From: Antedon mediterranea
Taxonomy: Eukaryota; Animalia; Echinodermata
Direction: 5' to 3'
Length of the DNA stretch: 64,000 bases
Assembly: GCF_964355755.1 (NCBI RefSeq)
Contig: NC_092671.1
Location: 22,275,317 to 22,339,316, forward strand
The translations under genes and the position numbers were made by a program. Every line of letters begins with the position of its first letter. Position 1 is the stretch's first letter. Below, piece after piece: positions 26,381 to 37,300 of this stretch. The notes beneath the pieces were generated by a model, which searched no databases, was not told the origin of the DNA, and saw only the letters and a list, made by a program, of their open reading frames with translations.

Positions 26381-28401
26381 ATGTATTCCGATTCCGAAGA
26401 AGAAACTTTTCCGTTAGAAATTCAGCCATACCAATATGAGCCTTTGAGAAAGGCTGGGGAATTTGAAAATGACGATGAGGAAGAAGAAGACGATGTTGAG
26501 GCAGAAGGAAGGGAGGAAAGAGAAGGAAGGGAGGAAAGAGAAGGAAATTGAACATGGTATGTTTAAATAGGCTACTCGGGAGGAGCGGGCTCGGGAGGCT
26601 CTGTAGCCTATCAATTAGCTAGCATCGGCTCCGTCATAGGCGCGGCCTAGGCCTACGTTATATTTGTTAGTGTTTAAATACCGATCGTAAAACAGTCTTT
26701 AAATCTTCCTTATTTCTGTTTTTATAATAAAATCATTTTAATACTTTATTATTCGTTAGTTAGCTAAGTATGTTATGTGTAGCCTTTTCACAATTGTGAT
26801 TCTACCCCCGCCGACTGCATCGGACAACACAAAAAAAACACAAATCACGGCCATACATATGCGGCCAGCGAGGAAGGTGGTGGGAAAGACATTTTGTTTT
26901 GGATCAAATTTGTTGATTTTACTAGGCTTTTGAGTATATTTACTGTAATAAAATGTAATTATTTTTTCGTAATTATAGGCCTGCTGCTACACTCTATAAT
27001 ACTAAGGCCAATACTAATAGGCTAGCCACAGTAATAGGCTTTATTCTATTTCTACTAGGCTAGCTACAGAAGCCTAGCTTTTGTTTGGGGCTTTTTTGGT
27101 GGGATTGGGAGGACCTTGCTTATATTGATTTTCATCTATTAATTAGTATAGTAACAGCATATAGTATATATTTGAGTGCTGTAATGTTGATTCTATGCAG
27201 GTGCAAGTGCTCACATTGTACAGCAACAACTGCTGTTGAGTCTGTATGTTGTTATGAGACAGAGGAGATGGTAGAGAAAATGGGGGAGCGGTTGGATGCA
27301 TAACACAGCATACTGGGTTAAAAAACAACTGTCTGGACCGCGATGTTCTTGAAGTGTCCTTCTGGCATTATGTTAAACAGGAAGGTCCATTTGACGATGA
27401 TCATCCAGTGAATCAGTAAGTTTGATAAAATACTATATTTGAATTAACGCTCAAATTAATTACGAAACAGTTTGTAAGTATAACAGTATTGTAGTGGAAA
27501 TCAGATTTTTAATGACAAAACTGACAACATTAAATTAACAAATTCAATAAACCAACTACCAAAGGTCCGGCAAGTTTCCATAAAAACAATGCAACTTCTT
27601 GTCTTGTAATGAGACATTAAAGATGGTAAATTTATTTTGTTAACTAATCACAATTTTCTTTATGTTTTCAGACTATATCGCCATGTTGCCTACCGGAGGT
27701 TTACAACTTGGGTATGGAAGCTACTTGGGAAGGGCAAAAGAAAAATACTTCCGTCTTGCGTAGTGTCAACTATTAGGAATGCATTTCAACTTTTTTATAC
27801 TTCTATCTTAAACAGTGTACTTAGTTTTTGCCTAATATGTTATTATGGTAATTCACGTTTTAAAGATAGACTTTTACTTAATAAAATAGTTAAACAAGGC
27901 AGTAGAATAGTAGGCTCTGAACAAATTCAACCTGAAGTTTTATATAAGGAATTAGTAATTAAAAAATTGAAAATTATTTTAAAAGACCACGCTCATCCTC
28001 TGCACTATAAATTTAACAAAAGTCAACGTTGTGACAGACTCCTTCAAAGAAAAATTAAAACAAATAGATATGGCAATTCATTCGTCCCTGCCGCTATACG
28101 ATTATATAATGAATGATAATATCATTCATTATATAATCGTATAATCGTATTTTATGCGCTAGTTTTATTTTTTGTTGTATTTTAAATTGACTTTTTAGGA
28201 TTTTATATGTATATTTTGTATGGCTTTTTTTATCGTATTTTATATTTTATGTACTGTATCCATTTTATATTTGTATGTACTGTACTTTTGAAAAGGCCAA
28301 CAGAGTTTCCCCATGGGGATAATAAAGTTTTAATTGAATTGAATTGAATTGAATTTCCTGCGCAACAATATGTAGGCTTTAAATATCCCAAAATTCCATG
28401 A
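26381..28401 (+). pseudogene. KolX / P2X7 C-terminal ballast-like (nanor-like) Cys-rich protein, 3 exons, disrupted
   Basis: Exon 1, 26381-26556: MYSDSEEETFPLEIQPYQYEP...EGN*TW (TGA at 26549). Exon 2, 27201-27415: CKCSHC..ESVCCYE, frameshift, GCITQHTGLKNNCLDRDVL. Exon 3, from 27672: LYRHVAYRRFTTWVWKLLGKGKRKILPSCVVSTIRNAF, LINE insert, PAQQYVGFKYPKIP*. Introns are GT-AG and in compatible phase. Confidence 0.82.
27788..28352 (+). mobile_element. 5'-truncated LINE fragment (Rex1/Babar-like): RT C-terminus and 3' UTR
   Basis: FYTSILNSVLSFCLICYYG...ILKDHAHPLH...KTNRYGNSFVPAAIRLYN*. The 3' end has a TCCCCATGGGGA hairpin, AATAAAG and an (AATTG)n tail. ATTTC is repeated at 27783 and 28353. Confidence 0.85.
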
Positions 28402-28666
28402 CTAATTAGCACATTGTACAGTCACATTGTACAGTTGCATAGATTGGAAATCGACCAGTTTCACCAAAGTTCAGTTCCTACAATTAAAACAATAAACAAA
28501 AGAGTTATTTAGTTAAGTTTATTCATGATTGAGGATAAAGAAAAAAAATTTTGAAAACTATTTTTATAAGTTTATACTGACAAGAACATATATAATTACT
28601 GTATATTTCACCATGTGTATTGTAAGACATGCAAATAAGGACTTTATTACCTTGATTATTAAAATG

Positions 28667-28835
28667 TTATTTAGTTGGAAAACGAGTACATCTTTTCTTG
28701 ACCCAGTCTGCTTTGTCATACGGTTGGTATGTGGCGTTAACGGCCGGTGGTGCTTTTGCATAATTCATAAGAGCATCTTGACTGACTTCGCTCGTCTTCT
28801 TTCAAACACTTCAGTTAGCAACTTTTCAATATATT
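28667..28835 (-). pseudogene. Probable last exon of the Kolobok transposase (frameshifted)
   Basis: A polypyrimidine-AG acceptor is followed by YIEKLLTEVFERRR.., a frameshift, then ..APPAVNATYQPYDKADWVKKRCTRFPTK*. Tail to tail with KolX. Similarity judged by eye only. Confidence 0.55.
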
Positions 28836-29348
28836 CTATTAAAAAAATATACAAGAAATGATTTACACTGGACATATTATTTTCAATAAACCACTTTAGT
28901 TCTGTAGAAGTAAAAGTAACTTGTATTACTATTATTATGCAAATAATATCAAACATGAATAAATTAACTACTGAATGAACCGAATTAGCAATAAAAAAAA
29001 TAAACCTTCCTGAATTATTTTTTATTGTAAGTACATAAGCTATTTTATAAAACATATTGTTGTTTGACATATAATAAATAAAATAATAATATAGGCCTAG
29101 GCCTACTTAAAATTGTTGCATTATCTGATCAGCACACACCATCCTCTCATTCACATCATTTATATTATAATCCAAACTGACAAGGCATTATTATTATTAT
29201 TATCATTAAAATGAGAATTTGTGGAGGTTAGGCATAGGGGGCCTGTCCTGTCGATCCAGGCAGGTAAATTCGGCGGTGGTGGTAAGCCTAGTTAGTGCAA
29301 TAATGAAAAAGTAAAAACAACACTTACTTCTCTTCGCCTACGTTTTTT

Positions 29349-31544
29349 AAGTGGGACAGCCAGTCGACAAATCGTGTCAAATTTCGACTCGGAGAGGGCG
29401 CCCTACTTTTCTAATTTAGTTCAAAATTGCTAAATTTTAGGGTGTTGGAAAAACACAATATTTGTAAATTTAGCCGATTATCGGAAAAATATTGTTAGTG
29501 AAATAAATTCATAAATGGTTTTAATATATTGTCATGTAAAATTAAATGTATTTGAACAAAACGATAATCTGTAATTTAACGGCAAAATCAACCAATGTCT
29601 TTTTTTCGAAAATGTACCCTAGAAAATCATTAAAATTAAATATTTAGATAAATTGAACAGTCCTGAATTTAAAATCCCTGTTAGAAAAATTAATAATCTA
29701 CAGAATACGATATTAAGATACAAAATTCGGTGGTTGGGATGCAGCTCCGACTATTCAAACTAAAGGTACCACTATTTGTTCCATCGAAAACTAGCGAAAC
29801 CGCCATTTTGTAAACACATCGTCATCGTGTTTATGAATTTATTTATATCGAACGATATACGCGATGTTTATAATTGTCCGCGTATAAGAATTCATATAAA
29901 TAAATACATTCCAATACAACGTATATTATTACTTGTTTATTTATCACAGTATACATTTTAGTTGAGGAATATTTATCATAACTATTATAATAGCTTTTAT
30001 ACGAGTCCGAGGCCTAGCCCTATTAGCGACCGATTGTTCCAGGGGCGGAAAGTCACTTAGTGACGTTGTGATCGGGCGCGTCGGGCCTAGCTAATATTAA
30101 TAATATGACCTGAAATAAGCGGCTAACAAGAACTGTTATATACTTGCTTACAATTGTTTTGTTATTGATGAACAAACAAGCAATTCGATTGAATAACAAA
30201 TTATTTATTCATTTTTTTGGGTAAAAACATGTACAAACTAGGCCTAGTACTGTATAATATAAATTATAATATTTATAGTAATTATTAAACTAATACAGTA
30301 TTAATGAAATATAAAATAGGCCTAACATACAATAAATATTCAATTTTTAAGGTCTACCACATGACAATAACATAATTTACAGAGTATAGTGTAGTACGTT
30401 TGCATTCAACATAAATATTTGTATTGTACTTCATCTAAATCCTCTGCAACATACATATATATTTGTAATTCAACATTTTGTTTTAAATAATTAAATTATA
30501 GTTTGGGTATGACAATGTCGGTAGGTACCGGTGTCATCTTTTTATCCACTTCACTCTCAGTTTGAAGTCACAAAGACAAAGAACTCTGCATCATCAACGA
30601 TTCCTGAAAGTGTCAGAAAAAATAATAAATATTATTTTAAAAAAATGTTAATGTCTGGTTGTACTGTATATATAATTATAATATTATATGATGACATAAA
30701 ACTTAAAAGTAAGGCAAATGGAAGCTGTATTTTATTAATTAAATTACAGTATTTACTATTATTATTTATATAATCTAGGCCTACTAGTACTAGTAGCCTG
30801 CTAGGCATCTATTGAGCCTAATAAATCAAATAATAAATGAAAAATAAAATAATAATATTAATACTGATTGAAAAAAAGTATTTTTTTTTGCGGGGATCAG
30901 ATCACCAGGCTAGGCCGGCCAGGACCAATGATACTCGTAATCAGTACAACTGATAACGACTATCGGATCAGCATCAACACAGTACAACACACGTCTCGCT
31001 ATCGCCTATACTGACACACGTGTCTCGCGTTGCGGAAACCACGCTCACAGCTAGAAAATGTACCTACCTTTCGAGGCCTGAGAATACACCAACAAATTTT
31101 GAACAGGATAGAAATATATCATACTCGATTAAACTAATATTATTCTTGATAAAACAATTGATTATAATTTTTTTAATTTGTTGGGATGCACCTCCGACTA
31201 TTCAGAAAATGGACAACAAAACAGTAGTCAAATCGTACCACATTTATAAATTTCACGAGTCCCGACTTCAGTCGCCGAATGTATTGTATTAGCTTCGGTT
31301 TCTTTGAAGGAAACCGATTGGTTATTCAATAATACTTATTAGGAAATGCTTTTACCATAATAGGTAATGTTGGGCGGTTCTTAAATATTCATGAGAGCTT
31401 AAAATAAAACAGCACTTATTTGCTAGGCGACGAAAAATCGTGGTTTCAGTTTTCAACGATAGGTGGCGCTTCAAAATCGTCAATGCGGAAGTAAGTCGAT
31501 TTTACACGATTTAACGGTCAAAACGCGAAGTGGCTTTCCCACTG
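29349..31544 (+). mobile_element. Non-autonomous TIR element, copy A (~2.2 kb, superfamily unassigned)
   Basis: Termini (A)AGTGGGACAGCCA ... TGGCTTTCCCACTG. Reverse complement of 31904-34055. Flanks TTTT / TTTG fit a decayed 4-bp TSD. Confidence 0.85.
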
Positions 31545-31903
31545 TTTGAAAGGCGCCTCTACTACGACTAGCAGCTGGGCCTGGGATCTTCTCGGTGGCG
31601 GTGCTTTCTGAAGGCAATGTAACCTTCGAAGGTATTGCCCCGTCTTTCAATTTCAAATTTACTTTTTCTTTGAATCCCATTTCACGAAGTTTAGGTGGGT
31701 ATTTCGCAAAGTCTTCTTCCAAGAAGTGCTCCAAACATATCGTTGCGAATTTGAATTTGCTAGGCTGGAAATGTTTTCGTCTGACGGCGTGGATCCATGC
31801 CTTTCTCAGACCCGAAGACTTTGGGAAGGAAAAAAATCCTATATTCCGGTCGCGATTTTATCCTCCACTTGTTGTATTGGTACAATTAAATGCTGCACAA
31901 TAC

Positions 31904-34055
31904 CAGTGGGAAAGCCACTTCGCGTTTTGACCGTTAAATCGTGTAAAATCGACTTACTTCCGCATTGACGATTTTGAAGCGCCACCTATCGTTGAAAACT
32001 GAAACCACGATTTTTCGTCGCCTAGCAAATAAGTGCTGTTTTATTTTAAGCTCTCATGAATATTTAAGAACCGCCCAACATTACCTATTATGGTAAAAGC
32101 ATTTCCTAATAAGTATAATTGAATAACCGATCGGTTTCTTTCAAAGAAACCGAAGCTAATACAATACATTCGGCGACTGAAGTCGGGACTCGTGAAATTT
32201 ATAAATGTGGTACGATTTGACTACTGTTTTGTTGTCCATTTTCTGAATAGTCGGAGGTGCATCCCAACAAATTAAAACAATTATAATCAATTGTTTTATC
32301 AAGAATAATATTAGTTTAATCGAGTATGATATATTTCTATCCTGTTCAAAATTTGTTGGTGTATTCTCAGGCCTCGAAAGGTAGGTACATTTTCTAGCTG
32401 TGAGCGTGGTTTCGGCAACGCGAGACACGTGTGTCAGTATAGGCGATAGCGAGACGTGTGTTGATGCTGATCCGATAGTCGTTAAGTTGTACTGATTACG
32501 AGTATCATTGGTCCTGGCCGGCCTAGCCTGGTGATCTGATCCCCCCAAAAAAATACTTTTTTTCAATCAGTATTAATATATTATTTGATTTATTAGGCTC
32601 AATAGATGCCTAGCTAGGCAACTAGTAGGCCTAGGCCTAGATTATAAATAATAATAGTAAATACTGTAATTTAATTAATAAAATACAGCTTCCATTTGCC
32701 TTACTTTTATGTCATCATATAATATTATAATTATATATACAACCAGACATTAACATTTTTTAAAATAATATTTATTATTTTTTCTGACACTTTCAGGAAT
32801 AGTTGATGATGCAGAGTTCTTTTTCTTTGTGACTTCAAACTGAGAGTGAAGTGGATAAAAAGATGACACCGGTACCTACCGACATTGTCATACCCAAACT
32901 ATAATTTAATTATTTAAAACAAAATGTTGAATTACAAAAATGTATGTTGCAGAGGATTTAGATGAATATTACAATACAAATATTTATGTTGAATGCAAAC
33001 GTACTACACTATACTCTGTAAATTATGTTATTGTCATGTGGTAGACCTTAAAAATTGAATATTTATTGTATGTTAGGCCTATTTTATATTTTATTATTAT
33101 TAATACTGTATTAGTTTAATATTTATACTACAATGTATTAATTTATATTATACAGTACTAGTTTGTACATGTTTTTACCCAAAAAAAAATGAATAAATAA
33201 TTTGTTATTCAATCTAATTGCTTGTTTGTTCATCAATAACAAAACAATTGTAAGCAAGTATATAACAGTTCTTGTTAGCCGCTTATTTCAGGTCATATTA
33301 TTAATATTAGCTAGGCCCGACGCGCCCGATCACAACGTCACTAAGTGACTTTTCGCCCCTGGAACAATCACTCGCTAATAGGGCTAGGCCTCGGACTCGT
33401 ATAAAAGCTATTATAATAGTTATGATAAATATTCCTCAACTAAAATGTATACTGTGATAAATAAACAAGTAATAATATACGTTGTATTGGAATGTATTTA
33501 TTTATATGAATTCTTATACGCGGACAATTATAAACATCGCGTATATCGTTCGCTATAAATAAATTCATAAACACGATGACGATGAGTTTACAAAATGGCG
33601 GTTTCGCTAGTTTTCGATGGAACAAATAGTGGTACCTTTAGTTTGAATAGTCGGAGCTGCATCCCAACCACCGAATTTTGTATCTTAATATCGTATTCTG
33701 TAGATTATTAATTTTTCTAACAGGGATTTTAAATTCAGGACTGTTCAATTTTTCTAAAAAACATTTTATTTTAATGATTTTCTAGGGTACAATTTCGGAA
33801 AAAAGACATTGGTTGATTTTGCCGTTAAATTACAGATTATCGTTTTGTTCAAATACATTTAATTTTACATGACAATATATTAAAACCATTTATGAATTTA
33901 TTTCACTAACAATATTTTTCCGATAATCAACTAAATTTACAAATATTGTGTTTTTCCAACACCCTAAAATTTAGCAATTTTCAACTAAATTAGAAAAGTA
34001 GGGCGCCCTCTCCGAGTCGAAATTTGACACGATTTGTCGAATGGCTGTCCCACTG
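31904..34055 (-). mobile_element. Non-autonomous TIR element, copy B (inverted relative to A)
   Basis: CAGTGGGAAAGCCA ... TGGCTGTCCCACTG (14-bp TIR, 1 mismatch). Exact 4-bp TSD ATAC at 31900-31903 and 34056-34059. Removing it restores ATG CCG TAT TGT. Confidence 0.9.
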
Positions 34056-34390
34056 ATACGGCATTGTGTTTTGATTTAACACCAACAAAAGTTAACTTTA
34101 ACAAAAGTGCCTCAAGAGATTGATTACGTGAACAAAAGAATGCGAAATACAATAGAGAAATACAGTGTCCAACAACTCATGTGTGTAACTAACCAAGCGA
34201 AGCACCCGAGATGACGTCACGGAAATATTTCTGCATACGAACCGGAAGTAATTGAATTGCTCAAGTGGCTATTTTAAATTTGCTTTTTCGTGATAACGGC
34301 GAAATCTTAAAAGTAACGCTATGGATGAGCCGTTTTTATTAGTGTATTACTTTATATGGATTTTATTAATGTTTTAGTGACATTTCTGCT

Positions 34391-37300
34391 TTAACAAGTT
34401 TTTTCGAAAATCACAAAATGGTCTAAAACGTCTCCAAATGCGATTTGAAGCTATTCTAAACATTTTGGTGTTTTTATGTTAACAAGTTTTTTCGAAAATC
34501 ACAAAATGGTCTAAAACGTCTCCAAATGCGATTTGAAGCTATTCTAAGCACTTTGGTGTTTTTATGTTAACAAGTTTTTTCGAAAATCACAAAATGGTCT
34601 AAAACGTCTCCAAATGCGATTTGAAGCTATTCTAAGCACTTTGGTGTTTTTATGTTAACAAGTTTTTTCGAAAATCACAAAATGGTCTAAAACGTCTCCA
34701 AATGCGATTTGAAGCTATTCTGTACACTTTGATGTTTTTATGTTAACAAGTTTTTTCGAAAATCACAAAATGGTCTAAAACGGCTCCAAATGCGATTTGA
34801 AGCTATTCTAAGCACTTTGGTGTTTTTATGTTAACAAGTTTTTTCGAAAATCACAAAATGGTCTAAAACGTCTCCAAATGCGATTTGAAGCTATTCTGTA
34901 CACTTTGATATTTTTATGTTAACAAGTTTTTTCGAAAATCACAAAATGGTCTAAAACGTCTCCAAATGCGATTTGAAGCTATTCTAAGCACTTTGGTGTT
35001 TTATGTTAACAGGTTTTTTCGAAAATCACAAAATGGTCTAAAACGTCTCCAAATGCGATTTGAAGCTATTCTGTACACTTTGATGTTTTTATGTTAACAA
35101 GTTTTTTCGAAAATCACAAAATGGTCTAAAACGTCTCGAAATGCGATTTGAAGGTATTCTAAGCACTTTGGTGTTTTGTGTGAAAAAGTTTTGTCGAAAT
35201 GCTCAAAATGGTCTAAAACGTTTTTAAATACGATATTAAGCTATATTGTGCTCTTTGATGTTTTTGTGTAAAAAGTGTTATCGAAATGCTCAAAATGGTC
35301 TAAAACGGTTTATAATGTGATTTTAAGCACTTTAATGTTTTTGTGTAACCAAGTTTCATCAAAATGCACAAAATGGTCTAAAACGTCTCCAAATGCGATT
35401 TGAAGCTATTCTAAACACTTTGGTGTTTTTATGTTAACAAGTTTTTTCGAAAATTACAAAATGGTCTAAAACGTCTCCAAATGCGATTTGAAGCTAATCT
35501 AAGCACTTTGGTGTTTTTATGTTAACAAGTTTTTTCGAATATCACAAAATGGTCTAAAACTTCTCCAAATGCGATTTGAAGCTATTCTAAGTACTTTGGT
35601 GTTTTTATGTTAACAAGTTTTTTCGAAAATCACAAAATGGTCTAAAACGTCTCCAAATGCGATTTGAAGGTATTCTAAGCACTTTGGTGTTTTGTGTGAA
35701 AAGTTTTGTCGAAAATCACAAAATGGTCTAAAACGTTTTTAAATACTATATTAAGCTATTCTGTACACTTTGGTGTTTTGTGTGAAAAAGTTTTGTTGAA
35801 ATGCTCAAAATGGTCTAAAACGTTTTTAAATACGATATTAAGCTATTTTGTGCTCTTTGATGTTTTTGTGTGAAAAGTGTTTTCAAAATGCTCAAAATGG
35901 TCTAAAACGGTTTATAATGTGATTTTAACCACTTTGATGTTTTTGTGTAACCAAGTTTTTTCGAAAATCACAAATTGGTCTAAAATGTCTCCAAATGCGA
36001 TTTGAAGCTATTCTTAGCACTTTGATGTTTTTATGTTAACAAGTTTTTTCGAAAATCACAAAATGGTCTAAAACGTTTCCAAATGCGATTTGAAGCTATT
36101 CTAAACACTTTGGTGTTTTGTGTAAAAAGTGTTATCGATATGCTAAAAATGGTCTAAAACGGTTTATAATGTGATTTTAAGCACTTTGATGTTTTTGCGT
36201 AACCAAGTTTCATCGAAATGCACAAAATGGTCTAAAACGTCTGAAAATGCGATTTGAAGCTATTCTAATCACTTTGGTGTTTTTATGTTAACTAGTTTTT
36301 TCGAAAATCACAAAATGGTCTAAAACGTCTCCAAATGCGATTTGAAGCTATTCTAATCACTTTGGTGTTTTTGTGTTAACAAGTTTTTTCGAAAATCACG
36401 AAATGGTCCAAAACGTCTCCAAATGCGATTTGAAGCTATTCTAAACATTTTGGTGTTTTTATGTTAACAAGTTTTTTCGAAAATCACAAAATGGTTTAAA
36501 ACGTCTCCAAATGCGATTTGAAGCTATTCTAAACATTTTGGTGTTTTTATGTTAACAAGTTTTTTCGAAAATCACAAAATGGTTTAAAACGTCTCCAAAT
36601 GCGATTTGAAGCTATTCTAAGCACTTTGGTGTTTTTATGTTAACAAGTTTTTTCGAAAATCACAAAATGGTCTAAAACGTCTCCCAATGCGATTTGAAGC
36701 TATTCTAAGCACTTTGGTGTTTTTATGTTAACAAGTTTTTTCGAAAATCACAAAATTGTCTAAAACGTCTCCAAATGCGATTTGAAGCTATTCTGTAAAC
36801 TTTGATGTTTTTATGTTAACAAGTTTTTTCGAAAATCACAAAATGGTCTAAAACGTCTCCAAATGCGATTTGAAGCTATTCTAAGAACTTTGGTGTTTTT
36901 ATGTTAACAAGTTTTTTTGAAAATTACAAAATGGTCTAAAATGTCTCCAAATGCGATTTGAAGCTATTCTAAGCACTTTGGTGTTTTTATGTTAACAAGT
37001 TTTTTCGAAAATCACAAAATGGTCTAAAACGTTTCCAAATGCGATTTGAAGCTATTCTAAACACTTTGGTGTTTTGTGTAAAAAGTGTTATCGATATGCT
37101 AAAAATGGTCTAAAACGGTTTATAATGTGATTTTAAGCACTTTGATGTTTTTGCGTAACCAAGTTTCATCGAAATGCACAAAATGGTCTAAAACGTCTGA
37201 AAATGCGATTTGAAGCTATTCTAATCACTTTGGTGTTTTTATGTTAACAAGTTTTTTCGAAAATCACAAAATGGTCTAAAACGTCTCCAAATGCGATTTG

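Larger units (their letters stand above)
29328..34064 (-). pseudogene. THAP-domain first exon of the Kolobok transposase, split into three pieces (34064-34056, 31903-31545, ~29348-29328)
   Basis: Rejoined: MPYCAAFNCTN...*..FFSFPKSSGLRKAWIHAVRR..QPSK..TICLEHFLEEDF...LKLKDGAIPS...RGAFQKRRRRE|gtaag, a C2CH THAP signature. Premature TAA at 31860-31858. Confidence 0.88.
26139..34390. mobile_element. Kolobok-type DNA transposon, internally deleted and inactive, with three nested insertions
   Basis: TTAA duplicated at 26135-26138 and 34391-34394 within a satellite GTTAAC site. Perfect 13-bp TIR AGCAGAAATGTCA / TGACATTTCTGCT (RR..YY ends). Convergent THAP-transposase and Cys-rich accessory gene remnants. 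Confidence 0.88.

Noticed and set aside
31595-31968. Plus-strand ORFs of 111 and 80 aa in the spacer
   Set aside because: They are antisense to the THAP reading frame, which carries the conserved motif.
29776-33625. Mirror-image ORFs in the palindrome arms (61, 80, 90 and 136 aa)
   Set aside because: Non-ATG starts, no recognisable domains, and indels between the arms break the frames.
29349-34055. Palindrome as an assembly or foldback artefact, or as the long TIRs of one element
   Set aside because: The arms differ by many substitutions and indels, each has TIRs at both of its own ends, and each has its own target-site duplication within a restorable exon.
26139-34390. piggyBac assignment based on the TTAA TSD
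   Set aside because: The ends are AG...CT rather than CC(C/T)...GG, and the cargo is THAP plus a KolX-like gene, which fits Kolobok.
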